The notes beneath the pieces were generated by a model that was not told the DNA's origin, did no database searches, and saw only the letters and a list, made by a program, of their open reading frames with translations. 64,000 nucleotides of DNA from a virus. Below are positions 1 to 11,800 of this stretch, one piece after another. Every line of letters starts with the position of its first letter. Positions within the stretch are counted from its first letter, which is position 1. The translations under genes were made by a program, and so were the position numbers. The stretch is taken from the IMG/VR virus record IMGVR_UViG_3300034524_000090, positions 32,001 through 96,000 of that record; one strand, 5' to 3'.

Positions 1-831
1 AATGTTAATCGTGCATATAATCATTTTACTTATGTTTCTATTGTGATGAAATACTATTTTTCCCAAGGAAATATTGTTGATGTTTATGATTACAAATTTA
101 ACTTTATTAAATCTGTTGCTTTTAATAATGTTGATTATATTGTAGGTATGACACATAATCTTAATACCAGTAGAGTTTATATTATGGGCTTAGTCACTGG
201 CAGTAATTTTATTATATATGAATGCGACTGGGATTTAAATATTTTGGGTACTAATAGTTTGACTTTAATTGATATTACTCTTTATGATTTTTTAGAAGGA
301 TTAGGTATTAATACTATTAATAATAAGTTCTATACTTTTGATGTGCGTGGTAGAGTGTACACAATAGATTTAGCTAGTAATACCATTACTTCAGTTTTTA
401 CGACAGATGATTTTGCCACCAATATCAATAACAATTTAAGCCCATATAAGGCATTAAAAATAGATGATTATTATGCTTTTTTCATTGATAAATTTAAGAA
501 AGAAATATATCAGGTTGATTTAGATAGAGCTATTATAGTTAATACATTTGAAATATCTACTCTTGATAATTTTAAGGATTTAAGTTTTGATAGTTTTAAT
601 AAGTATTTTTATGTGTTAGTGGATGGTTACCTATATAAATTTTATTGGAATCAAGTCAATCAGTTCTTGTATGAATTGGAAAATAGTCTAGCTAGTAAGG
701 ATATCTTAATTATAACTGATGATTTAGGCAAGTCTTTTGGTTTTTATGTTAAGTCGTATAGTATAGAACATAAACGTCAAGAACACAATAAGCCTTATTA
801 TGTAATTAGTTTGAAGGGGAAGATTGTTTAG
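1..831 (+). CDS. Tail-module protein, 5'-truncated, beta-propeller-like
   Basis: Frame is open from base 1; repeated beta-strand motifs; directly upstream of tail genes. Confidence 0.5.
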   Translation, partial: NVNRAYNHFTYVSIVMKYYFSQGNIVDVYDYKFNFIKSVAFNNVDYIVGMTHNLNTSRVYIMGLVTGSNFIIYECDWDLNILGTNSLTLIDITLYDFLEGLGINTINNKFYTFDVRGRVYTIDLASNTITSVFTTDDFATNINNNLSPYKALKIDDYYAFFIDKFKKEIYQVDLDRAIIVNTFEISTLDNFKDLSFDSFNKYFYVLVDGYLYKFYWNQVNQFLYELENSLASKDILIITDDLGKSFGFYVKSYSIEHKRQEHNKPYYVISLKGKIV

Positions 832-845
832 GAGGAGGTGTAGAT

Positions 846-3353
846 ATGATTGATGCTCCTGATAGTTTTAAGCAGGCATTTAAAAATAGTGATGTTAGGA
901 ACCTGATTTATAAGGTTACAATAATGAGAAATACGGAGCCTACGGAAATAGATATAACCGATAGAGTTAAAGATATAGAAATTACTCGTGATCTTGATAG
1001 TGCTAATGCAACTTGTAAACTTACTATAGACAATAGCGATTTTCAATTAAGTATTAATAATAAAGATAGTAATTATAATTTATGTAGAGGGGCTTATGAT
1101 CCTTTATTATATCCAAATCATATTGTAAAGGTTTATGCGGGTTTAGGAGAGACTAGTACAGAAAATGGTGCTAGTGTTTATATAGATAAATCAGCCACTA
1201 TTAATAATTTTTCAGAAGCAGAATTTTATAATACTGAGCCTATCCAAGATGGCATTATGTTATCTTATACTTTGGGGCAAGAATATTTGTTACAATCTCA
1301 GGAAACTATTACTTCTTATAACGATTGGGGCAAACGTTATTATACTAGTGGTTATGACGAATATCAGTGGGGTCAAATTTTGCGTTTAAATGGTACTGTT
1401 AAAAAAAAGATTTCAAGATTTTCTGTTATGATTTTAGCGGCCAGTTCAAAATTATATTATGGGCAAGGCTCTTTACAATGTTATTTGAAAAAGTGGTCTT
1501 GGGATGGAACTTATTGGAATAGTCATGATAATCCAGGGCCTCCACCGTTTAGTATCGGAGGTAGTATCAGTTCTAATATTATTACTAATCGTGTTGATGG
1601 TTGGATTGATTTTAAGTTTAACGATGCATACTTAGAACCTAATACAGATTATATATTTTATTTGTTTACTACTGCTCAAATTACTAAAAGAGATAAGTAT
1701 CTTAATCTTGATAGAATAGGTATTAATGATAACGCCCCAGGCTATAAACGTTATTATGAATTTGAAAATGAAGTTGTCACACAGCAACACCAACAGTTAG
1801 ATAAAAGTCTTGCGTTTAGATTATATGTTAGAGATATTATTTATAAAAATGAGGGTTATGCTGTTGTGCGTTTTGATTGTGGCCCTAATGTAAGTGAATA
1901 TATTTCTCTTTCTGGTATTTATTCTGGTAGCAGTGTTAGTTTTGAGTTCAGTAGTAGTATTGATAATATAAATTGGTCAGCTTGGTATCAGGATTTACAA
2001 CAAGTTCCTGTGGCAAGGTATTTAAAAGTCAAGATAAAATTAAGTACAACTGATACTTTATATAGTCCTATTGTAAATAGTATTACTCTTAATTATAGAG
2101 TATTAATATCTGCTTCTCCAGATGGTATGGTACAGATTTTTACTGGCATCACTGGCGATGATATTGAGGAAGATGCCAATAATGGTTTGATTCTAGTAGG
2201 ATGTCGTGATTTTTCTAAGTGTTTACAGGATGTCTATGTTTCCTTATCTAAGTCCTATGATTATAAATTAGTAGAGGATATTATAAGTGATTTAATAAAA
2301 ACTTATTTGCCCCAATCAGCTATTTATTCTGTTTTGGGAGATATAGATTTTGTTTATGAGCCTACTTTTTATATGATTCAACACTATCAGTTAAAGAATA
2401 TTAATTTGTGGGAAGGGTTACAACAATTGTCAGATTTAATGGGTTGGTATTTGATGTTTGATGAAAGTGGTGTATTGAGGCTATTTAGCAGAAAAAAACA
2501 AAGTGTGGCTGATGATATTTTTAATGAAGATTATATTGTAATGGAAACTCTAAATTTATCAGATGCAGACATAAGAAATGATATATTAGTTAAAGCAGAA
2601 CAACCTTCAGGCATAATACAGGTTGAGGTTAAAGATGAAGATTCTATAAGGGAATTTGGACGCAGATTTATGGAGGTAGATCGTAGTCTTACGTCTTATA
2701 TATATGATCATCAGTCTGCCCAAAATTTAGCTAATGCTATTCTTGAGGATTTACATTCACTAAGAAGCAAAGATGTTATAACTTTACCTTTTTATCCTTT
2801 TATTCAATTAGGTGATATTATTGGTATTAATAGTAATAGAGTTAGTTTAAGTAGTGACGAGCAATTATATAAAGTAATAGGCATTACCCATACCTTGAAC
2901 GAAACAAGTAAACAAACAGTAATACAGACGCAGTTATTTAAAAATCTATGGGAAACTGTTAGCTTTACTCCTTCTGCTCCTACAAATTTAACTACTGAAA
3001 TTGTATCTCGTACTATTAAACAATATCCAGGTTGTGGATGGAACGATCCTCAGAGAACGTTTTATTATCCAAGATTAACTTGGTCTATACCTACTACCAA
3101 TACCGATGGAAGCCCAATAGAGGGCCTTACAGGTTTTAATATATATCGTTCTACTGATAATGCAAATTATGTCTTTATAGCTTTTGTGCCTGCTAAATTG
3201 TCAGGAGTTGATACTAATGTTAATTGGTTTATTGACTATGGTAGTGGGCCAGGGACGTTTTATTATAGGATTTCGGCTATAAATAAATGGAATAAAAAAT
3301 CTCCTTATTCTGATACAGTAACTATTACTGTACCTAATTTTAGTGTAGGTTAG
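846..3353 (+). CDS. Tail/baseplate hub-like protein with C-terminal fibronectin-III domain
   Basis: GGAGG RBS; 'IDITDRV..IEITR', 'DSIREFGRR' and 'PFIQLGDII' hub-type motifs; FN3 'PSAPTNL..LTW..GFNIYRS..YYRISAIN..S'. Confidence 0.65.
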   Translation: MIDAPDSFKQAFKNSDVRNLIYKVTIMRNTEPTEIDITDRVKDIEITRDLDSANATCKLTIDNSDFQLSINNKDSNYNLCRGAYDPLLYPNHIVKVYAGLGETSTENGASVYIDKSATINNFSEAEFYNTEPIQDGIMLSYTLGQEYLLQSQETITSYNDWGKRYYTSGYDEYQWGQILRLNGTVKKKISRFSVMILAASSKLYYGQGSLQCYLKKWSWDGTYWNSHDNPGPPPFSIGGSISSNIITNRVDGWIDFKFNDAYLEPNTDYIFYLFTTAQITKRDKYLNLDRIGINDNAPGYKRYYEFENEVVTQQHQQLDKSLAFRLYVRDIIYKNEGYAVVRFDCGPNVSEYISLSGIYSGSSVSFEFSSSIDNINWSAWYQDLQQVPVARYLKVKIKLSTTDTLYSPIVNSITLNYRVLISASPDGMVQIFTGITGDDIEEDANNGLILVGCRDFSKCLQDVYVSLSKSYDYKLVEDIISDLIKTYLPQSAIYSVLGDIDFVYEPTFYMIQHYQLKNINLWEGLQQLSDLMGWYLMFDESGVLRLFSRKKQSVADDIFNEDYIVMETLNLSDADIRNDILVKAEQPSGIIQVEVKDEDSIREFGRRFMEVDRSLTSYIYDHQSAQNLANAILEDLHSLRSKDVITLPFYPFIQLGDIIGINSNRVSLSSDEQLYKVIGITHTLNETSKQTVIQTQLFKNLWETVSFTPSAPTNLTTEIVSRTIKQYPGCGWNDPQRTFYYPRLTWSIPTTNTDGSPIEGLTGFNIYRSTDNANYVFIAFVPAKLSGVDTNVNWFIDYGSGPGTFYYRISAINKWNKKSPYSDTVTITVPNFSVG

Positions 3354-3364
3354 GGGGGATAAAG

Positions 3365-6300
3365 TTGCCTACTTATTTAAAATATGAAACACAAACTAAA
3401 AATATAACTTATGATAATGGGAAAATTATTGCTATATATAATGATAATACAGTTGATATTGTCTTAGGTAATGGTGTAGATTTTTATGGTAATCCTATTA
3501 GCATCCAAAGAGTGCCTATTAAGGGTACTTATGTGCCTAAAATTGGTGATAATGTTTTAATTTCTTGGGAAGGCAATACGCCTGTTGTTATTGGAAGCAA
3601 CACTTCCACTCCTATTGATCTAAATTATTCTACAATAATATCTAGTCCAAATAGTATTGCTCCTAATATTATTAATAATTTGCATATTGAAAATGGTACA
3701 ATTACAGCTAGTAAATTACAAGCAGGGACAATCACTGCTGAATCTGGTGTAATTGCTAATGCGGCTATTGGAACGGCTCAAATTCAAGATTTAGCTGTAA
3801 CTAATGCCAAAATTGCTGATGCGGCTATAGATGCTGCTAAAATTAAGGATTTGACTGTAACTGATGCTAAGATACTTAATCTTGATGCCTCTAAAATTAC
3901 TAGCGGCGATATTTCTACAGAACGTTTAACTGCTAATATTATTTCGGCTATTAATTTATCAACTGGGGATGCCAAGATTGATGGCGCTAAAATTAAAGAG
4001 GCTTCTATAGATGATGCTCAAATTATTTCATTAACTGCTGATAAGATTGTTACTGGTGATTTAAGAGCCAATGTAATGACTACTAATGTTATAGATGCTA
4101 TAAATCTTTCTACTTCTTCAGCCACAATCGATCAAGCCAAAATTGGCAATTTAGATGCTTCTAAAATTACTTCAGGCGATATTGATGTTGAACGTTTAAA
4201 GGCTAATGTTATAGATGCTATAAATCAGACGGCGGTAACAGCTAGGATTTCACAGGCGAAAATTGAGGATTTAGATGCCTCTAAGATAGTATCAGGTAGT
4301 ATTTCTACTGATAGAATGAAAGCTAATGTAATTGATGCTATTAATTTGTCTACTAGTAGTGCCACTATTGACGGCGCAAAAATTACCGATGCTACTATTA
4401 CTAATGCTAAAATAGCTAGTATAGATGCTTCTAAGATGGTTTCTGGCGACATTTCTGCTGATAGGATGAAGACTAATGTTATAGAGGCTATTAATTTATC
4501 TACTTCAGGAGCAGTAATTGATCAAGCTAAAATAGGTTATTTGGATGCTTCTAAGATTCTTAGTGGTACTATTGACACCTCTAAGGTTACTATTTCGACT
4601 AATGCTTCTGGCCAAGGGGCCAGAATTGATATACAGCACGATGGTATTAATTTAATAGATGCTAATAATAATGTAATTGCTAGATTTAATACCGATTTAG
4701 GTTTTGTTGTGCATAGTCCTGCTGGCATGAAACTGGATAACCAGGGTAGTATTAGAATTGGCCCTACTGATGATATAGTTATTGATGCTGAAGGAATTAA
4801 AGCTAAAGCTGGCGGTATGGAATATACAGCTTTATTTACTGGTGATGGTTTAACTTTTATTGAGCCTAATAATCCAGATAATAAGTTAATTATAACTTCA
4901 GGCCAGTTAAAAATTACTACTGATGGTGGTCAAACTTTTAAAACTGCATTGACTGCTGAAGGTTTTTATGGAGATATTTTACTTGATAAAACTTTGCCGC
5001 CTAGCAAATTTGATACTACTCCTCCTGCTATTCCTACTTGGCGTGAAGAAGGGGTTACTTCTATTTTAGAACAGACACCAGAGACACAAATAGTAACGAT
5101 TGTTGTTAAGTGGAACGAAGTAACCGACAGTGATCTTGAAGGGTATAAAATATATCTTGAAGAGAACAATTCAGGTAATTTTTATCCTGTAGCAATTGTA
5201 GGTAAAACTAATGAGTATCATATTAGGGGTATTAAACCCAATACCCTTTATAGGGTTATGGTTTCTTCTTTTGACATACAGGGCAATGAATGTTCTACTA
5301 AATTGCCTAGTAATACTAATTTTACCACTTATCCTAGATCGGTTATTACGGCAAGCGATACTGTAGCTCCTGCTACTCCTTCTACTCCCCCTGAAGTTAC
5401 AACTGGTTTTAAACTTTTTATGTTAACTTGGCAGGAAGTAGTACAAAACCAAGATAGTACTCCATGTTACGATTTAAGTTATTATGAAATACAACGTTCT
5501 TCTTCTTTAAATTGGGACGAATGGACTACTATTGCGAAAATCAAAGGCACTTCTCTTATAGATAAAGATGTAGATTACAATATTAGATACCGTTATCGTT
5601 ACAGGGCCGTTGATACTTCGGGTAATGTTTCTGGTTGGTCGCCTGTAGTGGATGCTGGAAGTCCTGCTCAGGTTGGGGCTGGCGATATAGTAGCTCATTC
5701 TATTACTACAGAACATATTTCTACTGCTGGTCTTTCTGCTGATATTATTACTTCGGGTAAAATTAAAGGTGACTTAATTGAGGCTAATACAATTACTGCC
5801 GATAAATTTGAAAGCAGGCTTTATGGCGATTTAGTCCAAGCACTACGATATGTAGAAAGTCGTTTAAAAGTAAAGGTTTTTGAGTGGCTAGGTACAACTG
5901 ATAATTATAACCAAGGCACTTTTAATGGCACTTATGCTTCCAATGATATTTTGATGCTAGATACAGTTTATCATTGGGATACAAATATTAATTGGGACAG
6001 TGGTTATTATTGGGATAAGCCTGTAGTGACTTCTGGTTTTTGGGAAAGTAATGTATTAGATATGGGAGCCTTGAATACTATTTTATGTTTACCAAAGTTG
6101 TCATATACGGCCCCTTCTGGCGGTTATGCTAAATTTTATCTGAAATATTCTGAAGATAATATTACGTGGACTGATTATGTTGAATTTTCTGGTACTGTTA
6201 TTACTGCTCGTTATCTTAAAATGAAAGTTGAATTATACACGCCTGATAATAATAACAATGTTTTAGTTAATAGTTTACTGCTTCAGTGTTATGTTGATGA

Positions 6301-8797
6301 GCCAACTATTATACAAAATGATATAGAGGCCCACAAGAATGATTTTAATAATCCTCATCATGTTTACCATAATCAAACTCAGCCATTAGAGGTTAATGAG
6401 GCAGATACCAATACTATTAGAGATAAACACATTTCTAACTTAATGGCTAAACAATGGGAAGAACATAGATTAAACGATGATCTTGCGGCGCACGGAACAA
6501 ACACTACTTCTGTTATTAGTGTTGGCGGTATTAATATTAATAATAGTATTAATCTTAGCGGAAAAGCTTATATTGAAAGTGGTGCTACCGATTTAGTCCA
6601 AATAAGAAATGCCAGTAACAGCGACTATGGGGATTTAATTGTGAGAAATTTGACCGTCAAAGGGACTACTACTGTAATTGAATCTCAAAATCTCCAAGTG
6701 GGCGATAATATTATTACTTTAAATAGTTCTTATACTGGTAGTAGTCCTACTCAGAATGGTGGACTTGAAATTGAACGGGGAACTTTAACTAATGCATCTT
6801 TAATTTGGGATGAAGGTAATGATGTTTGGAAAGCAGGTTTAGCAGGTTCAGAAGCTATTATTTGGACTTCTGCGACAGATGGTAGTGGTTCGGGGCTGGA
6901 TGCAGATCTTTTAGATGGTCAACATGCTAGTTATTTTGCTCCTGCTAGTCATAATCATGATTCTACTTACTTGAAATTAAGTGGTGGAACTTTAACTGGT
7001 GATTTAACCTTTAGTATAACAACAAAAAATGCCGCTACTAAGGGATTAATTTGGTCTGGATTAACTGATGCCCATAAAATATTTGTTGAAGAATATGGGA
7101 ATTCAGAATCTACTAGATTGGTTATTTATAATGCAGATAATGGCGATGTAGATTATACTGTATTTAGATCAGGTACTAGTATAGATACACTTGAGGTTAG
7201 ACGGAACTATCTTTATACACCAGTCCAATTTAGATCTGGAGTAACTACTGGAACGGCCCCATTTACAATTAATAGCACAACAAAAGTAACAAATCTTAAT
7301 GTAGATATGGTTGATGATTGTCATGTCGGTAATGGTGCAAATAATATTCTACTGCTTGATACTAATGGCTTAGTACCATTAACAAATATACCTAATGTGC
7401 TTACTGGTAAAGATGCTGATACTGTTGATGGTAAACATGCTACCGATTTTGTCCAAAAAGTTTCAAATGCACAAATAATTTTAGGTTTTACTGGCTGGTC
7501 TAGAAATAATGGAGAGGCAAATGTTTTAGGAGAAATCTCTGCCAATAACGTATCTGGTGATGCAAGATTAATGATACACAGTATAGGCAGTGGTAAAACT
7601 AATGTTTATGTAGATGGGGAAATATATGTTAATGAAGGAAATTATAAAGTTTGGCACGCAGGCAACGATGGTGCTAGTTCTGGTTTAGATGCGGATCTAT
7701 TAGATGGCTATCATGCTGGCAATGCTTCTGGTCAGATACCTTTATCTAATGGCACCGTAAATACAAACTTAAATGCTGATTTGTTAGATGGCAAACATGC
7801 TTCGGATTTTGTTTTAAAGTCTGGAGATACAATAAATGGTAATCTTGTGATAAATGGTTATACCAATGTTTCTTTACCTTCTAGTATAGCTGGTTGGCGT
7901 TGGGGAGATGGAACAGGTTTATGGAATCCTAAGACTTCTTGGAAATTAGTGGGTGGTAGACATGCGGCTGATGGTGATTGTTATATATCGTTAGCTTCTT
8001 CTTCGGGCAAGATGCATTTAGTCTTAGATGGTGAAGTGTATGCTAATGAAGGTCAGTATGTATGTTGGAATGCTGGTAATGACGGCTCTGGCTCTGGTTT
8101 AGATGCAGATCTATTAGATGGTATGCAACCATCTACTTCTGCTACGGCTAATACTATAGTTCAACGTGATACTTCTGGCAATATTACTGCTAATACTTTT
8201 AATGGTGTCTTAAATGGCAATGCCACTACAGCCTCTAAATTACAAACAGCCAGAACAATAACTTTATCTGGAGATATTAGTGGTTCGGCTTCTTTTGACG
8301 GTTCTTCTGATATTACTATTTCAACTACTTTACCTAATTCTGGTGTAACTGCTGGCACATATACAAAAGTAACTGTTGATGCTAAAGGTAGAGTAACCAG
8401 TGGAACTACTTTATCTGCTTCTGATATTCCTAATTTAGATTGGTCTAAAATTACTACTGGTAAACCTACTACTCTTTCTGGTTATGGAATTACAGATGCA
8501 GTACGAAATGCTGGCAATACTCCTTCTATTCAGGCTGGTCTAGATGCTAATAAACCTACTGCTGGTATTGCTGGAAGATTATATATTGCTACCGATACTA
8601 AGACAATTTATAGAGATGATGGGACACAATGGATTATTTTAAGTTCAGGTAGTGGCGGGACTTCTCTTGATCCTGAAAGCGAGCAGATATTAAGCGCTTC
8701 TGAATATAGAGTACAATCTACTACTTCTACGGCCAAATTTGTTATTGAATATAATGAGGCCAATGATAGTTTAGATTTTGTTTATTATGCTAGTTAA
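3365..8797 (+). CDS. Long tail fibre/spike protein
   Basis: TTG start; beta-helix-like repeats, two FN3 domains, repeated 'GNDGSGSGLDADLLDG' knuckles, 'TASKLQTARTITLSGD' and 'GTYTKVTVDAKGRVT' fibre motifs. Confidence 0.85.
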   Translation: MPTYLKYETQTKNITYDNGKIIAIYNDNTVDIVLGNGVDFYGNPISIQRVPIKGTYVPKIGDNVLISWEGNTPVVIGSNTSTPIDLNYSTIISSPNSIAPNIINNLHIENGTITASKLQAGTITAESGVIANAAIGTAQIQDLAVTNAKIADAAIDAAKIKDLTVTDAKILNLDASKITSGDISTERLTANIISAINLSTGDAKIDGAKIKEASIDDAQIISLTADKIVTGDLRANVMTTNVIDAINLSTSSATIDQAKIGNLDASKITSGDIDVERLKANVIDAINQTAVTARISQAKIEDLDASKIVSGSISTDRMKANVIDAINLSTSSATIDGAKITDATITNAKIASIDASKMVSGDISADRMKTNVIEAINLSTSGAVIDQAKIGYLDASKILSGTIDTSKVTISTNASGQGARIDIQHDGINLIDANNNVIARFNTDLGFVVHSPAGMKLDNQGSIRIGPTDDIVIDAEGIKAKAGGMEYTALFTGDGLTFIEPNNPDNKLIITSGQLKITTDGGQTFKTALTAEGFYGDILLDKTLPPSKFDTTPPAIPTWREEGVTSILEQTPETQIVTIVVKWNEVTDSDLEGYKIYLEENNSGNFYPVAIVGKTNEYHIRGIKPNTLYRVMVSSFDIQGNECSTKLPSNTNFTTYPRSVITASDTVAPATPSTPPEVTTGFKLFMLTWQEVVQNQDSTPCYDLSYYEIQRSSSLNWDEWTTIAKIKGTSLIDKDVDYNIRYRYRYRAVDTSGNVSGWSPVVDAGSPAQVGAGDIVAHSITTEHISTAGLSADIITSGKIKGDLIEANTITADKFESRLYGDLVQALRYVESRLKVKVFEWLGTTDNYNQGTFNGTYASNDILMLDTVYHWDTNINWDSGYYWDKPVVTSGFWESNVLDMGALNTILCLPKLSYTAPSGGYAKFYLKYSEDNITWTDYVEFSGTVITARYLKMKVELYTPDNNNNVLVNSLLLQCYVDEPTIIQNDIEAHKNDFNNPHHVYHNQTQPLEVNEADTNTIRDKHISNLMAKQWEEHRLNDDLAAHGTNTTSVISVGGININNSINLSGKAYIESGATDLVQIRNASNSDYGDLIVRNLTVKGTTTVIESQNLQVGDNIITLNSSYTGSSPTQNGGLEIERGTLTNASLIWDEGNDVWKAGLAGSEAIIWTSATDGSGSGLDADLLDGQHASYFAPASHNHDSTYLKLSGGTLTGDLTFSITTKNAATKGLIWSGLTDAHKIFVEEYGNSESTRLVIYNADNGDVDYTVFRSGTSIDTLEVRRNYLYTPVQFRSGVTTGTAPFTINSTTKVTNLNVDMVDDCHVGNGANNILLLDTNGLVPLTNIPNVLTGKDADTVDGKHATDFVQKVSNAQIILGFTGWSRNNGEANVLGEISANNVSGDARLMIHSIGSGKTNVYVDGEIYVNEGNYKVWHAGNDGASSGLDADLLDGYHAGNASGQIPLSNGTVNTNLNADLLDGKHASDFVLKSGDTINGNLVINGYTNVSLPSSIAGWRWGDGTGLWNPKTSWKLVGGRHAADGDCYISLASSSGKMHLVLDGEVYANEGQYVCWNAGNDGSGSGLDADLLDGMQPSTSATANTIVQRDTSGNITANTFNGVLNGNATTASKLQTARTITLSGDISGSASFDGSSDITISTTLPNSGVTAGTYTKVTVDAKGRVTSGTTLSASDIPNLDWSKITTGKPTTLSGYGITDAVRNAGNTPSIQAGLDANKPTAGIAGRLYIATDTKTIYRDDGTQWIILSSGSGGTSLDPESEQILSASEYRVQSTTSTAKFVIEYNEANDSLDFVYYAS
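3700..4590 (+). repeat. Internal tandem peptide repeats (LDASKI.SG.I...R..ANVI.AINLST...ID.AKI) of the tail fibre
   Basis: Several imperfect copies in protein and DNA (gatgcttctaa/gatgcctctaa recurring); boundaries approximate. Confidence 0.8.
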
Positions 8798-8812
8798 AAA
8801 GGAGGGGTAGAT

Positions 8813-11800
8813 ATGGGTGTAATTGGAAGATTAAATAAAAATGGGGACTTACTAATTGCGGGAGAGGTAAATGAAAGACTACCAGCCGTGACGGATGGGT
8901 TGATAGCCTATTTTCCTTTTGATGGTACGTTAAATAAAAAAAAGGTTTCTATTACTGGCGCAAAGGTTCTTGGTTATCATGGAGGTACATCTCGACATCC
9001 TTGGTATGATTATTTTAATACTAATGCTATATTAACACATACTGATGATATATTGAGTATTTCAGTAGACATTGCTAAACAATACGATTTAATTGTTGTT
9101 GATAGGTATGTTTGGGATATTTCTTCTGTTATAATAAACAAACTTAAAGAATTTGTTGACGCTGGCATATCATGTGTTGCTATGGGTAATGATACAAGAA
9201 CTAATGTGTTTGTAAAGTCGTATAATACAACAGCTCATACTACGCATGATATTTATATAGAATCTGATATTCCTATAAAAGTTGAGAGTTATGTTTATAC
9301 TTGTGGCAGTGGCGATTTATATGGTGGAATAACTGAATTGCAAAATGGGGCTTATCCTTATTATAGAAGAGCAGATACAAATGAGATAACAGGATATATT
9401 TATGAATCTCCACAAAGTGGGGCTATATTTTATTTTGATCAAGAAGGGTTAACTGTTCAACCTTTTATAGAAAAGGCATTTTTATATGCTTTAGAAAGAA
9501 GTTCTGGAGGCATAACATATTCTAATGTCAGTTGGTTTAATGATAGTATAGCTATTGAATCGGGTACATCAAATTATATAACTATTTCCAACATGGAATC
9601 CTATGAAATTGGTTATACTGGTAATGTATGCGGTTTTACTAATAATTTTGATTCTAGGTTTGGGGCTGGTAATTGGAAAACAGAAATTATTCCAGCAAGT
9701 TATTCGCCAGTTCCAGGTTTGACAAAATGTCAAAGAATTGAAACTTATAGTAGTGGTTGGGGTGGTTGGATATCAGGTAATATTGGTCCTACTACTGGTA
9801 ATATTGTTTACGGGGTTTGGATTAGATTATTTTATGGTGAGATACAATGGGGAGATTTAAATACAACTAGTAGGTTATATATTACTACTGATGTAAGTAA
9901 AAAAACAGATCCGAAATATGATGTAATAGAACCTGGAAAATGGGTTTACGTAGCAAGGACTTTTCCTGCTACAAGTTCTGGCAGACATTTATATGCTAAT
10001 GGCCCTACTAAGGCCGATATATTAGCTGTGCAAATAGAAGATAAAATGTATCCTACTTCGTATGTTAATGGCAGTAGAAGTAATGCGCTTTTTGCTTTAC
10101 CCTCTACTCTATTAAATATTAATAATGGTGCAATAGTGGTTGATTTTTATTGGGAAGGGGTAAAGTATTCTAACCCAAGTAATCCTTGGATGATGATAAC
10201 TCATTCTTATACTTCGGCAGGATATGAGTACAATAAAATTAATATAGCCATATATGGAAATGCCAATAAATTATGTTGTAGATTAGCTAATAATACTCCT
10301 TCAACTTGGGTTTCTAATGGTTTTGATTTAAGTTTATTAACTAAGGGATGGAATCGTTATATAGTTACTTGGGATAAAGTGAATGGGAAATTAAAAGAAT
10401 GTTTGAATGGAAATATAACTGTTGAACAGACTCCAACATATTTTCCAGACTTAGCTCCTGAATATTTTTATATTGGTTCATGGGGTACATCTGGATTGTG
10501 GGCTAATATGAGATTTAAAAACCTGATTATTTACAATAAGTATTTGTCTGATGAAGAAATAAGTAAATTATGTAGATCACAGCATTCTTTTACGACAGTT
10601 GGGAATTTAATTGTTCAAAGTTATTTAGAAAGACCTATCGGAATATCTGAAGATATATTTTATTTTCCGTTAGGTAATGATACTAGAGATGAATATAAGT
10701 TTATAAAACCTGTTTCGGAGTCTAATGTAGTTTATGAGAATAATGCAGTATGGCTTGGAACCAGTGTAGCTAATCAGGTATCGAATCCCGATGGTAAGTC
10801 TGTAAATCTTACTTATCTTCCTCCAGGTACTTATAAACCAGGGTGGAATACTTCTCTCCATAATGACGCTATTGTTATTAATAATTGGAGTACAGGGTAT
10901 AATAGCGGCGTTCCTTCTCCTGATGTTGGGTATCATGCTAAATGGGTATTTGAGGGTATTGATGGTGCTAATGACCCTTGTATGAAATTTATTGATTTAA
11001 ATTCTCAGTTTGGCTTAACTCATAGATGGTTAGGTATTGCTCAAACTTTAGGTACACCTTCTAGTTTAGGGTGGTCTGTAGGGACAACAATTACTATATC
11101 ATGGTATCAGAAAAGTAGTGTTTTAAATAAAGGGGCACGTGTAGGTATCTACCATAAATGTTTAGATACAGGCAGTTATAGTTTTGAGACTTGTATACAG
11201 ACATTATATGTATCTAGAACTAATATTTGGGAAAAAGTTGGTTTTACTTATACTATTACAGATAATTGGGATTTAAGTGCAAGTTGTTTAATTTATGTGT
11301 ATGGTCATTATGGTGATGAGGGTATTTTATGGGTAGACAATGTGCAAGTAGAGCAACGCAATTTTATTACACCTTTTGTTAGCGGCACAAGAGGTATTTC
11401 AGACCTAGAATTTAATCTATATAGTTCTGTAGGGTTAGATTGGAACGGAGATTGGTCAATTATTTACTGGAAAAAACCAGTTGGAACTCATACTGGCAAT
11501 ACATTAACGGGGTATAATATTGAAAGTATTGGCTGTAACTCTAATAGTGTTGGTGGGGGTTATAGATGGTGGGGTAAGGATAGCGGTTATGATAGATTTA
11601 GAGTTTCTGGTATGGTATTATCAACATTTTCTCCATCAGATTATTTTAATAAATGGCAAATGGTAAGCATAGTTAAAAACGGAACTACTGTAACTTGGAA
11701 GTTTTGGATTTCTACAGGTGTTATTACTTACAGTGAAACATGGGGGACTATAGCTTCTAATTATTTTGTAACTCAATATGGGTATGATTTAAAACTTGGC